A stretch of 64,000 nucleotides of DNA. It comes from an uncultured Dehalococcoidia bacterium (lineage in GTDB: Bacteria > Chloroflexota > Dehalococcoidia > Lucifugimonadales > Australimonadaceae). Location: contig CAYMJY010000001.1 in the NCBI GenBank assembly GCA_964391355.1, positions 4,340 to 68,339 on the forward strand, read 5' to 3'. A program made the position numbers and the translations under genes. This document shows, piece after piece, positions 44,909 through 54,748 of this stretch. The notes under the pieces were generated by a model that was not told the DNA's origin, searched no databases, and saw only the letters and a list, made by a program, of their open reading frames with translations. Numbering within the stretch: position 1 is the stretch's first letter; each line of letters starts with the position of its first letter.

Positions 44909-45523
44909 TCAGCAGGACGCTTTATACAAACTGTGCGCATTTCGGTATTCTGAAATTGTATTCAAATTTGTCAAAGCTAGCCTGTCTTTAGTCGGTACTA
45001 GTATTCTATTATTTTGGTGTCTTGAAACTATTGCTCTGATACCCTGCGTTTCTTCGTTAATACTCAATAACTCTTCAGTTAGAGAAGAATTAAATAGGAT
45101 TGGGTGTCCTACTTTGCCTTCGAGGATTGGAGATGAAACCATTACTTCTTTTGAAGTATTTTCCATGGATTCCCTAAGATCCTGAAGTAATTCTGTAGAC
45201 CGTGGCTGATCCACTGAAGCTATCAGAATCGAACTTGGGGTTAATCGCATGGAACTTAGAGCTTCGATCCCGATTTTTATTGAGCTAGACTTTCCATCTG
45301 CATACGAATTATTTACTACTGTTGTGAAACCTCGAGGAATGCGAGCTTCCAGAAGTGCATATTGATACCCCAATACAATCACCAAAGGTGCAAACCCTGC
45401 TGCAATGATTGTTTTGATTGAATAACCAAGTAAATCAGTATCACCCCAGGGTAAAAGAGCTTTCATCTCTTTCATTCTTGAGGATTCACCAGCAGCTAAA
45501 AGTATTGCAGCTGCAGATCCCAT
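44909..45523 (-). CDS. MobA-like NTP transferase (molybdenum cofactor cytidylyl/guanylyltransferase-like)
   Basis: 204-aa ORF with AAILLAAGESSRMKEMKALLPWGDTDLL. Immediately downstream of the xdhC-like gene. Confidence 0.7.
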   Translation of the reverse strand: MGSAAAILLAAGESSRMKEMKALLPWGDTDLLGYSIKTIIAAGFAPLVIVLGYQYALLEARIPRGFTTVVNNSYADGKSSSIKIGIEALSSMRLTPSSILIASVDQPRSTELLQDLRESMENTSKEVMVSSPILEGKVGHPILFNSSLTEELLSINEETQGIRAIVSRHQNNRILVPTKDRLALTNLNTISEYRNAHSLYKASC

Positions 45524-45524
45524 A

Positions 45525-46649
45525 TTACTGGATTTCGTCGGATACTGAGTTTTTGCTTACAAGGCTATCAATCAAGCTCTCTTCGATTTTGAGAGTCCCT
45601 GCAGCTTTTCCGTGACGCCACGCTAGGATTTCGGAAACGATACTGATAGCTATTTCTGATGGATCGCGGCCGCCCAAATCTAAACCGATTGGAGCATGTA
45701 TAGATTTTATCTTCTCTACTGAAACCCCATTCTTAAGCATCGATTGGTATATAAGTAACGTTTTGCGTTTAGATCCGATAAGACCTACATAGCCAGCATT
45801 AGTCCTAGCAGCACTTTCTAAAGCAACATCATCAAATTGATGCCCACGACTTGCTACTACAATTGCAGTATTGGGTGTGATATCAAATTGATTAATCGCA
45901 TCTACGTAAGAACCTACGTGTACCTTTTCAGCCATCGGAAAACGATCTTTGTTAGCAAACTCTTGTCGGTCATCAGCTACAAAAACTCTAAAACCGAGAG
46001 ACTCGGCAACCCGCGCAGTAGCTACATTTACATGGCCACCACCAATAAGCAGTAAAGATGGAGGTGTTGTGTAGGCAATTACGAAAACTTCATCTCCAGA
46101 TGATGTTTCAAACCTTTGAGTTCTACCCATTGGCATGCAGCTCAAAGCAACCTTCATCGCTTCATCGTCCAACGATTTATTCCCTAGTGTACCTTGAGTT
46201 TTGCCATCGGGGTAAAAACTAATTTTATTACCAATGGTTCCATGAGTACTTCTAACTAAAGTTGCTACAGCTAGTGACCCAGCACCATCGTAAGCATTAG
46301 CTATTGCTTTGGTTAAATCAGCGTGTGAAGTTGGGTCCAGAATTGGTTCAATATAAAAATACATCGAACCACCACATACCAGACCATCCTGAGCAGCAAT
46401 TTCTTCGTTCAGAAAATAGTCTTTATAGATAGGCTTAGATTCATCCCTAAGTGCTTCTTTTGCAGCAAACCAGATATCACCTTCTACGCACCCACCGCCT
46501 AATGTTCCTACGGTTGATCCATCAGACCTAACGAGTAGGCAAGCTCCTGGCTTCTGAGGAGTTGATCCCGATGTATTAACCACAGTAGCTAGAACAAATT
46601 TCTCATCTCGTTCCGCCAAAGCTGCAGCTTCTAGATAAACATTTTTCAT
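45525..46649 (-). CDS. XdhC/CoxI-family molybdoenzyme maturation protein
   Basis: 374-aa ORF with an N-terminal XdhC_CoxI-like segment (FVLATVVNTSGSTPQKPGA) and a C-terminal Rossmann-like segment (LLLIGGGHVNVATARVAESLGF). Confidence 0.8.
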   Translation of the reverse strand: MKNVYLEAAALAERDEKFVLATVVNTSGSTPQKPGACLLVRSDGSTVGTLGGGCVEGDIWFAAKEALRDESKPIYKDYFLNEEIAAQDGLVCGGSMYFYIEPILDPTSHADLTKAIANAYDGAGSLAVATLVRSTHGTIGNKISFYPDGKTQGTLGNKSLDDEAMKVALSCMPMGRTQRFETSSGDEVFVIAYTTPPSLLLIGGGHVNVATARVAESLGFRVFVADDRQEFANKDRFPMAEKVHVGSYVDAINQFDITPNTAIVVASRGHQFDDVALESAARTNAGYVGLIGSKRKTLLIYQSMLKNGVSVEKIKSIHAPIGLDLGGRDPSEIAISIVSEILAWRHGKAAGTLKIEESLIDSLVSKNSVSDEIQ

Positions 46650-46729
46650 GGTCCCTCTATCTATTCAATATGATAAAGCTTCATAGACCATGTTGCCAAA
46701 CATGCGTAATGAAAACTTAAAAGTATGAA

Positions 46730-48283
46730 CTAGTCAATATTTGATTTTCTGAGGACAATACTTTTAACCCAACTAGGCGAAGGCTTAGGATAATCAGATC
46801 GATAATGAGCACCCCTGCTTTCTTTACGGATAATAGAAGCTGTGGTCATTAACCACCCAACTAATGTCATATTTGCGAGTTCGTTGGTTGCACGGTCATT
46901 TAAATTGGACTTTTCAATAAAGCCGGACGAGAGAAGTCTGAGAGTATTTTCTAACCCGTCTCCATTTTTTATTATTCCAACATTGTCCATCATTATTTGT
47001 TGCAATAAATCTTTCGTTAAACCAGCTTTATTAACCTGACCAACAGGAGGAGTTAAGCAAAAGCCGCCCTTTGATATGTGCGGAATCCCGCTTTGTCTCA
47101 AGGCACCCGCGATTGTTCTCTCTATGACTCTTCGGGCGAAAACCACAGTTTCTAATAATGAATTGCTTGCTAATCGATTAGCACCGTGAACGCCTGTTGA
47201 TGAAACTTCACCACAGGCATAAAGGTTAGGAATTGTTGTTTGGCCCCACAAGTTTGTTCTTATTCCGCCCATCATGTAATGTGCGGCTGGGGCAACAGGA
47301 ACTAAGTCCTTGGTTATATCTATGCCATAACCCTTGCATACTTGATAAATTGTGGGAAAACGACTAATCCGAGTGCTTTCATTGATAGGGCTGAGGTCGA
47401 GCATTACGTGATCGGTATTTTCTTTTGCCATTTCGTCAATAATTGCCCTTGACACCACATCACGGGGGGCAAGATCGTGGTTTTTATGGTATCGATTCAT
47501 AAAGAATTCGCCCTTTTTGTTAACCAGCTTTGCGCCTTCACCACGCACTGCCTCTGAAATTAAGAAAGGGCTGACTCCGGGTATAGATAATGCAGTCGGA
47601 TGAAATTGATAAAATTCCATTCCTGTGAGCTCTGCACCCGCATTGAAACCTAGCGCTACTCCATCACCAGTGGCAACAGCAGGGTTAGTAGTGGCCTTGA
47701 ACAGTTGGCCTGCTCCACCCGTTGCCAAAATTATGTTGTCCGCGTTGAACGATGTCTTGAGTTGTGCTTTTGAGTCTACAACTTCAACTCCTACGGCTCG
47801 CCGCTCCTCAACTTTAATTGATGTGACTAGCGCATACTCTAATACTTCGATGCTTGAAGATTGAGCCAGCCGAGCTAGGGTCAATTCCATATGAGCACCC
47901 GTTGCGTCTCCTCCAGCGTGAAGTACTCGTGGCATAGCATGAGCACCTTCAATCGCAAGAGCTATTTGACCATCAATTTCGTCAAACGAAATCCCTAATT
48001 TGATTAGATCATTAATTCGAGACGGACCTTCAGCGGTTAGTACTTCGACAGCACTAGGATCAGATAAACCTGCCCCAGCCTTAATGGTGTCTTGCATATG
48101 GATTTCGGGCGAATCATCACGACCTATGGCAGCTGCAATACCTCCTTGAGCGAGCAGCGTATTCGTATCCTGAATGGATCCTTTAGTCAAAACTATTACT
48201 GAGCCATGCTTAGACGCTTCCAAAGCTGCAAAAAGTCCAGCAATGCCACTTCCTACTATTATGTAATTGAAATGTTTTAGCAT
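46730..48283 (-). CDS. nadB: L-aspartate oxidase
   Basis: 517-aa flavoprotein with IIVGSGIAGLFAALEA, the HYMMGGIRT motif and RLASNSLLE. Confidence 0.9.
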   Translation of the reverse strand: MLKHFNYIIVGSGIAGLFAALEASKHGSVIVLTKGSIQDTNTLLAQGGIAAAIGRDDSPEIHMQDTIKAGAGLSDPSAVEVLTAEGPSRINDLIKLGISFDEIDGQIALAIEGAHAMPRVLHAGGDATGAHMELTLARLAQSSSIEVLEYALVTSIKVEERRAVGVEVVDSKAQLKTSFNADNIILATGGAGQLFKATTNPAVATGDGVALGFNAGAELTGMEFYQFHPTALSIPGVSPFLISEAVRGEGAKLVNKKGEFFMNRYHKNHDLAPRDVVSRAIIDEMAKENTDHVMLDLSPINESTRISRFPTIYQVCKGYGIDITKDLVPVAPAAHYMMGGIRTNLWGQTTIPNLYACGEVSSTGVHGANRLASNSLLETVVFARRVIERTIAGALRQSGIPHISKGGFCLTPPVGQVNKAGLTKDLLQQIMMDNVGIIKNGDGLENTLRLLSSGFIEKSNLNDRATNELANMTLVGWLMTTASIIRKESRGAHYRSDYPKPSPSWVKSIVLRKSNID

Positions 48284-48460
48284 CGGCTTATTATCATTGC
48301 TCGGATCTGCTCGACAATCTCCCTAAGGGTTAATATGCTGCATTTTAATTGTTCAGTGTTTATTAATTCATTATTTTTTTGATGGTGTGAGTTATGAATT
48401 AGTATTTATTTCAAGTTTATAAAAGCAACATTAGGTTGCCTTTTTCGATAAGAGGATTTT

Positions 48461-50215
48461 ATGCCTGTCAAACATAGCACTCCTGAAGAAGAGGTCATAG
48501 ATGATAGACGGTTCAGGATCAGGCATTCAGCTGCTCATTTGTTGGCTGATGCCGTTTTGGAGATATTCCCTGAAGCAAAATATGCAATAGGCCCTCCTGT
48601 GGAAACTGGTTTTTATTATGATTTCGAACTAAGCAGGCCATTTACCCCCGAGGACTTAGTAAAAATTGAAGCGGTAATGAACAAACGTGTTAGCGAGGCA
48701 CACATTTTCGAAATGTCTGAAGTGACAAAAGAGGAAGCTAAGTATCTTTTTAAAGACCAACCTTATAAACAAGAAATAATTGATGGATTAAATATCGATG
48801 AAACGATAACAACTTGCAGGCACGGCAAATTTCTCGATCTTTGTAGGGGAAGACATGTTGAAACCACCTCTGATATTCCAGCTTTTAAATTACTGAATGT
48901 TGCTGGAGCTTATTGGAGAGGTGATGAAAGAAACCCAATGCTTCAACGTATTTACGGGACTGCTTGGGAATCAAAGGAAGCAATGGGCCTTCATCTGACT
49001 CAGATTGAGGAAGCTGCAAAAAGAGATCATAGGGTTTTGGGTAGAGAACTTGATCTATATTCTCACCACGATCAAGTGGGATCAGGTTTAATTCTATGGC
49101 ATCCTAAAGGTGCAAGAGTACGATCAATTATGGAAAACCATTGGCGGGATCAACATATTGCACGTGGGTACGAACTGGTCTATTCACCGCATATTGGGAA
49201 ATCATCTCTTTGGGAAACAAGTGGGCATCTAGATTTTTATCGTGAAAGCATGTACGAGGCTATTAACGTAGAAGGGCAGGAGTACTTCGCCAAACCGATG
49301 AATTGCCCCTTCCATGTGCATATTTATGATTCATCTAAGCGTTCTTACCGAGAATTGCCCATTCGGTATACAGAGTTAGGCACAGTGTATCGGTATGAGC
49401 GATCAGGGGTTTTGCACGGAATGCTTAGAGTTCGTGGCTTTACACAGGACGATGCTCATATATTTTGCATGCCAGAACAAATTGAAGACGAAATAGTTGG
49501 TGTTTTAGATTTTGCTTTCGACCTTTTAGGTGCCTATGGATTTAATGATTATGAAATTTTCTTGAGTACCCGCCCTGAAAAATCAGTAGGTGAAATTGCT
49601 GATTGGGATCTAGCAACAGATTCTCTGAAAAGAGCCCTCGATCGCAAAAACGTAATTTATTCTATGGATGAAGGGGGAGGTGCGTTCTATGGCCCCAAAC
49701 TCGACATAAAAGTAAAGGATGCGATAGGACGTTCTTGGCAATGTACTACTGTTCAGTTTGATTTCAACTTACCAGAGCGCTTTGATCTGAAATATGTGGG
49801 CGCAGACGGTGTTGAGCATCGACCATTTATGGTGCATAGAGCTCTTTTCGGCTCCCTCGAGCGATTTTTCGGTGTATTAATAGAACATTACGGCGGTGCA
49901 TTTCCTATATGGCTCGCTCCACTTCAGGCAACTATCATTCCTATAGCTGATCGCCATACTGAATACGCATATGAAGTCAATGAAAGATTATTAGAAGCGA
50001 ATCTGAGGGCCGAAGTTGATATTAGGAACGAAAGAATGAACCAAAAGATAAGGCTTGCTCAAATTCAGAAAATTCCATACATGTTAATAGTTGGGGACAA
50101 GGAAAAAGAGGCTGGTGGAGTAGCTGTCCGTCTTAGGTCTGGATTAGATTTGGGAATAATAAAGGTCTCTGATTTGGTGTTGCGAATTAAACAAGAAATT
50201 GAGAATCGCGAATAA
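48461..50215 (+). CDS. thrS: threonyl-tRNA synthetase (no N-terminal TGS domain)
   Basis: 584-aa ORF that begins directly at the editing-domain HSAAHLLADAV. It has class II motifs (FRGFTQDDAHIF-like RVRGFTQDDAHIF) and an anticodon-binding domain. Confidence 0.93.
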   Translation: MPVKHSTPEEEVIDDRRFRIRHSAAHLLADAVLEIFPEAKYAIGPPVETGFYYDFELSRPFTPEDLVKIEAVMNKRVSEAHIFEMSEVTKEEAKYLFKDQPYKQEIIDGLNIDETITTCRHGKFLDLCRGRHVETTSDIPAFKLLNVAGAYWRGDERNPMLQRIYGTAWESKEAMGLHLTQIEEAAKRDHRVLGRELDLYSHHDQVGSGLILWHPKGARVRSIMENHWRDQHIARGYELVYSPHIGKSSLWETSGHLDFYRESMYEAINVEGQEYFAKPMNCPFHVHIYDSSKRSYRELPIRYTELGTVYRYERSGVLHGMLRVRGFTQDDAHIFCMPEQIEDEIVGVLDFAFDLLGAYGFNDYEIFLSTRPEKSVGEIADWDLATDSLKRALDRKNVIYSMDEGGGAFYGPKLDIKVKDAIGRSWQCTTVQFDFNLPERFDLKYVGADGVEHRPFMVHRALFGSLERFFGVLIEHYGGAFPIWLAPLQATIIPIADRHTEYAYEVNERLLEANLRAEVDIRNERMNQKIRLAQIQKIPYMLIVGDKEKEAGGVAVRLRSGLDLGIIKVSDLVLRIKQEIENRE

Positions 50216-50223
50216 TAGAATTG

Positions 50224-51237
50224 ATGAATCTAGAGTTAAATAATACTCGGCCTGTAGCTGTAGTCGGAACTACTGTCTGGGGCACTACACTTACTATAAT
50301 GCTAGCCAGAGAGGGCGTGGAAGTGCGATTACTGGCTCGTACTAAAGCTGAGGCAGAAATACTTAACTCAAATAGAGAAAACACTAAAAAATTACCAGGT
50401 TTTAAATTTCCAGAACGAGTAATGATAACTGATGATCCCTCAGTTGCTTTTCGTGATGTGGAAATGGTTTTCATGGTCGTACCTTCATCAAGCATGAGGA
50501 TCAACGCTGAGTGGATAAAAGATTTTATGACATTTGATTCAATTGTTGTTTCTGCTGCGAAAGGACTGGAAGCAAAAACTCAAATGAGAATGACTGAAGT
50601 TTTAGCCGATGAAATCCCCAATGCTAAGTTCGCATCCCTATCTGGTCCAAATTTAGCTCGTGAAATAGTCAATGAAATGCCAGCATCCACCGTAATCTCC
50701 TCTCAGCATTTAGACGTTTCAAAGAAAGTCCAATCCGTTTTGAACTCTCAGACTTTTAGGGTCTATACGAATGCTGATGTTATTGGTTCTGAGTTAGCAG
50801 GGGCATTTAAAAATATTATTGCAATTGGGGCTGGTGTAGTGGACGGCATGGAACTTGGGGACAACGCGAAAGCAGGTTTGGTCACACGAGGCCTCAGCGA
50901 GATGACTAGGCTAGGAATAGCAGCTGGGGGTGATGCAGCAACTTTTGCTGGTCTCTCTGGCTTGGGGGATTTATTAGTCACGTGTTACAGCGGGCTTAGC
51001 CGTAATTATAAAGTGGGTATTAGTTTGTCCAAAGGTTTTTCAGCAAACCAAGCTGTTTTGGATCTCCATGGCGAGGTTGCTGAAGGAATCTCCAGCACCC
51101 CAGTAGCACTCAGCCTTGGTAAAAAATTAGGTGTCGACTTGCCCTTAGCCGAAGTGATTCAAGAGCTTTTGTCTGGACAAATAAAAACCGATGAAGCAAT
51201 AGTCAGAATAATGTCCCGAGCCCCTCGAAATGAATAA
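50224..51237 (+). CDS. gpsA: NAD(P)H-dependent glycerol-3-phosphate dehydrogenase
   Basis: VAVVGTTVWGTTLTIMLA, GPNLAREI, and NIIAIGAGVVDG...KAGLVTRGL. ATG 50224 is preferred to TTG 50221. Confidence 0.9.
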   Translation: MNLELNNTRPVAVVGTTVWGTTLTIMLAREGVEVRLLARTKAEAEILNSNRENTKKLPGFKFPERVMITDDPSVAFRDVEMVFMVVPSSSMRINAEWIKDFMTFDSIVVSAAKGLEAKTQMRMTEVLADEIPNAKFASLSGPNLAREIVNEMPASTVISSQHLDVSKKVQSVLNSQTFRVYTNADVIGSELAGAFKNIIAIGAGVVDGMELGDNAKAGLVTRGLSEMTRLGIAAGGDAATFAGLSGLGDLLVTCYSGLSRNYKVGISLSKGFSANQAVLDLHGEVAEGISSTPVALSLGKKLGVDLPLAEVIQELLSGQIKTDEAIVRIMSRAPRNE

Positions 51238-51717
51238 TCATTCCAACAATAATTTTTCATGAAAGCTAGTATCTTTTTTTGAACTTAGCAAGGCGCCTTT
51301 CATTACAGAAGAAAAAGATTCGTTGGATATACGGAAAAACCAATAACTATCGAATCTAATATTGGAAAATTTATCAAGATCCACGCCTGTAATCTGAAAA
51401 CGCAAAAATTCTAAGGGTAGGGGCACATTAAATGGGAAATAATCGTAACTGAAATTTTTAAACTCTTGCGCGACTTCAGAAACTATTCCAAAGCCTGGTA
51501 CTGATCGAGGGTATTTTTTATAAGTACCCGTACAATAAAGCAATAGCATGTCACCCGGCATTAGATCCGAAGGTAGATTTTTATGCCCGTATGCACCACC
51601 TTCAACGTGGACATGGCCCGCAGCATAGGGGTCACCAAATACGGCAATATAGCAGTGGGGTTTCGGTTCAGAATTGGATTTCATGTTAATAGTTGTGCAA
51701 TCATTGTTTTGAAACAA
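51238..51717 (-). CDS. hypothetical protein (faint PUA/EVE-like resemblance)
   Basis: 159-aa ORF. MPGDMLLLYCTG...GFGIVSEV and the C-terminal ...FRISNESFSSVMKG loosely recall EVE/ASCH-type domains. Not a confident assignment, and the start is uncertain. Confidence 0.45.
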   Translation of the reverse strand: MFQNNDCTTINMKSNSEPKPHCYIAVFGDPYAAGHVHVEGGAYGHKNLPSDLMPGDMLLLYCTGTYKKYPRSVPGFGIVSEVAQEFKNFSYDYFPFNVPLPLEFLRFQITGVDLDKFSNIRFDSYWFFRISNESFSSVMKGALLSSKKDTSFHEKLLLE

Positions 51718-51797
51718 CCTACCTAATGGTTATACCATAATCAATCGTGGACAATTTGGTATGGAACTAAGAGTATCATCGTGCAACAAGGAAGTTT

Positions 51798-54002
51798 ATG
51801 CTTGTTGAGTTAAATCCCACCCAGAAACTAGCAGTAGAACATACTGAAGGACCACTCTTGGTTATTGCTGGCCCAGGGTCAGGAAAAACTAGAGTGATAA
51901 CGCATCGCGTAGCTCACCTTGTAAAAAATGTTGGAATCCATCCTGACCGGATCGCTGCAGTTACATTTACTAATCGAGCGGCACGCGAAATGCGAATGCG
52001 GATGACTAACCTTCTAGGAGCGGGTGAAAAGTTTCTAACCGCTTCCACTTTTCACAGCCTATGTGCAAGGATTTTACGGATTGATGGTGAGAGGATTGGT
52101 GTTTACTCTGATTATGTAATCATGGACGACTCTGATCAAATTGAGTTAGTAAAACGTGCAATGCAAGACACACAAATTGACCCAAAGCGATACCCTCCTC
52201 GAAATGTTCTTGCCGCTATTTCACGGTCTAAAGCAAAGCTTGTAGACGCGGAAAAATTGAAGGAAGCTTCTGAGAGTTATTACGAGGAAATAGTTGCTCA
52301 AATATATAACCGTTACCAATCATTAGTGAATTCAAGCCATGGTCTTGATTTTGACGATCTTTTAGTAAAGACAATTGATTTATTTCGAACAGTTCCTGAA
52401 GTCCTAACTAAATACCAAAACCGGTTTAGATATTTACTTGTTGATGAATTTCAAGACACAAACTTGGCACAGTATCAACTTTCAAAAATGCTAACATTAG
52501 GAAGCCGGAACCTATGCGTAGTGGGCGATCCAGACCAATCAATCTATGCTTGGAGAAATGCAGATATTGGTAATATTTTGTCATTTCAGCAAGACTTCCC
52601 AGATTCAAAAGTGGTTTCCCTTGATCAGAATTACCGATCGACTCAAAACATTTTAGAAGCTGCGCGAAATTTGATTTCTGTAAATACGCAAAGACTGAAA
52701 GGCGACTTGTTCACAGAAAACATCAAGGGCAAACCGATTGTTGTAGCAGAGGCGTATACAGAGGAGGAAGAAGCTCAGGGCGTTGTTAATGAAATCGCAA
52801 GACTTAACAAAGAGGAACTGATCAACCTTCGAGATTGTGTAGTGACATACAGAGTCAATGCTCAATCTCGTGCAATAGAAGAGGCGTGCTTACGTAACGG
52901 CATCCCTTACAAATTGATTGGAGGAATTCGTTTTTATCAAAGAAAAGAAATAAAAGATGTTCTTGCCTATATGAGACTTCTACTAGATCCCTACGATGAA
53001 GTTAGTTTAATTAGGGTCATCAACCTACCATCTCGTGGCATTGGTAAAAAAACAATAGAAGATTTAAGGTTTTTAGCCAAAATTCACAACCTGTCTGTCT
53101 ATGAAGTAATAAAGTTAATTACTAATCAACAACATTTATCAGAACAAATTACATTTGAAAAAACATTCTCCAAAAAACTGCTAACGCAACTGGACCTATT
53201 TACCAAGATTATTGAAAGCTTACGCTCGAAACTAGCACTCACTGATTTATCGTCGGTAATAAGTTTAATTCTTGAAGATACAGGATATCGCCGTATGTTA
53301 TTAGATTTAGGTGATTTTGAATCGGATGAGCGATTAGAGAATTTAAAAGAATTACAAGGAGTAGCAACTGAGCTGAGTGGTGCCCTTGCTTCGGAAAGTT
53401 TACCTGATTTTCTAGAAAACATGACACTGGTTTCAGATCAAGACGCGATAGATGAAGATGAGCAACAATACCTAACTTTAATTACTTTGCATCAGGTAAA
53501 AGGCTTGGAATTCTCCGTTGTTTTTATGGTTGGAATGGAAGAGGGATTATTACCACATTCCCGATCTTTTGATGATGAAGACCAAATAGAAGAAGAAAGA
53601 CGGCTTGCTTATGTAGGAATGACACGTGCAAAAGAAAGGTTGTACCTTTTCAGAGCATTTAGGCGCAGGATGTTTGGTGTGTTTCAAGGCAATGGACCGT
53701 CAAGATTTTTAAATAACATCCCTCCAATGATTGTGGAACCCCTAGGGCGGCAAGGCATAAAAGGGACTTTTGCTGCTTATGATAGATGGACGAATTCAAG
53801 TTCCGTGATAAAAGTACCTATTGATGCACCCTTTAAAGCTGGCGATAAAGTCAATCATGAGTCATTTGGTCCAGGTATTGTGGTGAGCTGTAAACAAAAA
53901 GGTATAGATTTTGAAATCACAGTTGTTTTTTCAAACAAATCAGGGATCAAAACTTTGCTTCATAGCTTTGCGAACTTGAAACGCTTGGAGTATCCGTCGT
54001 GA
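51798..54002 (+). CDS. pcrA: ATP-dependent DNA helicase PcrA/UvrD
   Basis: 734-aa ORF: LNPTQKLAVEHTEGPLLVIAGPGSGKT, DEFQDTN, QNYRST, VGMTRAKERL. It has a small C-terminal Tudor-like segment. Confidence 0.9.
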   Translation: MLVELNPTQKLAVEHTEGPLLVIAGPGSGKTRVITHRVAHLVKNVGIHPDRIAAVTFTNRAAREMRMRMTNLLGAGEKFLTASTFHSLCARILRIDGERIGVYSDYVIMDDSDQIELVKRAMQDTQIDPKRYPPRNVLAAISRSKAKLVDAEKLKEASESYYEEIVAQIYNRYQSLVNSSHGLDFDDLLVKTIDLFRTVPEVLTKYQNRFRYLLVDEFQDTNLAQYQLSKMLTLGSRNLCVVGDPDQSIYAWRNADIGNILSFQQDFPDSKVVSLDQNYRSTQNILEAARNLISVNTQRLKGDLFTENIKGKPIVVAEAYTEEEEAQGVVNEIARLNKEELINLRDCVVTYRVNAQSRAIEEACLRNGIPYKLIGGIRFYQRKEIKDVLAYMRLLLDPYDEVSLIRVINLPSRGIGKKTIEDLRFLAKIHNLSVYEVIKLITNQQHLSEQITFEKTFSKKLLTQLDLFTKIIESLRSKLALTDLSSVISLILEDTGYRRMLLDLGDFESDERLENLKELQGVATELSGALASESLPDFLENMTLVSDQDAIDEDEQQYLTLITLHQVKGLEFSVVFMVGMEEGLLPHSRSFDDEDQIEEERRLAYVGMTRAKERLYLFRAFRRRMFGVFQGNGPSRFLNNIPPMIVEPLGRQGIKGTFAAYDRWTNSSSVIKVPIDAPFKAGDKVNHESFGPGIVVSCKQKGIDFEITVVFSNKSGIKTLLHSFANLKRLEYPS

Positions 54003-54748
54003 CCACTAAGAGAGAATTACAATTTTCAATTGTTATTCCTGCTTACAATGAAGAAAGCAGAATAGGGCCTACATTGGATGGATACATCAACTATTTTTCC
54101 GATAATAAATTCGGATCACACGAGATTATTGTTGTACTGAACGGGTGTGTTGATGGAACCAGGAATGTTGTCCTTAATACAGCAAATGAGAATCCGCACA
54201 TCAAAATGATCGAATTCAATGACCCACTGGGTAAAGGTGGCGCAATCGCTGAGGGCTTTGCGGCTGCACGGGGTGAATACCTGATATTTGTTGACGCAGA
54301 TAATATGGTTGAAGCAGATGAAGCAGGGAAAATACTTCTCGCACTAGAATCAAAAGAAATTGCTATCGGCGATCGCTTCCGTGGTGAACAAATAGGAGGT
54401 TCGAGGTCGCTTGTTCGTTGGTCTATAAGTTTTTTAAATCGAATTTGGGCCTTAGTTTTTTTAAATATTCCCTATAAAGATACACAGTGCGGTGCGAAAG
54501 GTTTTCGCGCATCAGCTTGGGCTAAAATTTCAACTCATATCAAGGAGCGCCAGTGGGCTTTTGATTTAGATGTAATTGCTCAGGCTAGAGCACATAATCT
54601 CTCTATTCAGGAAGTGCCAGTCAGATGGAATCACGCAAAAGAAGGATCCAAAGTCAGGCCGTTCATTGACGTTCCTAAAACATTCATTGCGACCTTTGGT
54701 ATACGCAAAAGAGCATCAAAGACTAGGTCTTCTAGTGCCTCTAACTAA
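53999..54748 (+). CDS. family 2 glycosyltransferase (polyprenyl/dolichyl-phosphate beta-glucosyltransferase-like)
   Basis: FSIVIPAYNEESRIGPTL, VDADN. The GTG start overlaps the pcrA TGA stop (GTGA). Confidence 0.85.
   Translation: MTTKRELQFSIVIPAYNEESRIGPTLDGYINYFSDNKFGSHEIIVVLNGCVDGTRNVVLNTANENPHIKMIEFNDPLGKGGAIAEGFAAARGEYLIFVDADNMVEADEAGKILLALESKEIAIGDRFRGEQIGGSRSLVRWSISFLNRIWALVFLNIPYKDTQCGAKGFRASAWAKISTHIKERQWAFDLDVIAQARAHNLSIQEVPVRWNHAKEGSKVRPFIDVPKTFIATFGIRKRASKTRSSSASN

Noticed and set aside
48420-48460. Small hairpin (gcaac-attag-gttgc plus T-run) just upstream of thrS as a T-box or autoregulatory operator
   Set aside because: It has only a 5-bp stem, with no specifier or T-box conserved sequence and no tRNA-Thr anticodon-like loop. 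That is insufficient evidence.
51798-54002. The UvrD-family helicase as part of a defence system (Gabija- or other helicase-nuclease-type)
   Set aside because: It has the full housekeeping PcrA/UvrD architecture, no partner nuclease or ATPase gene, and ordinary neighbours.
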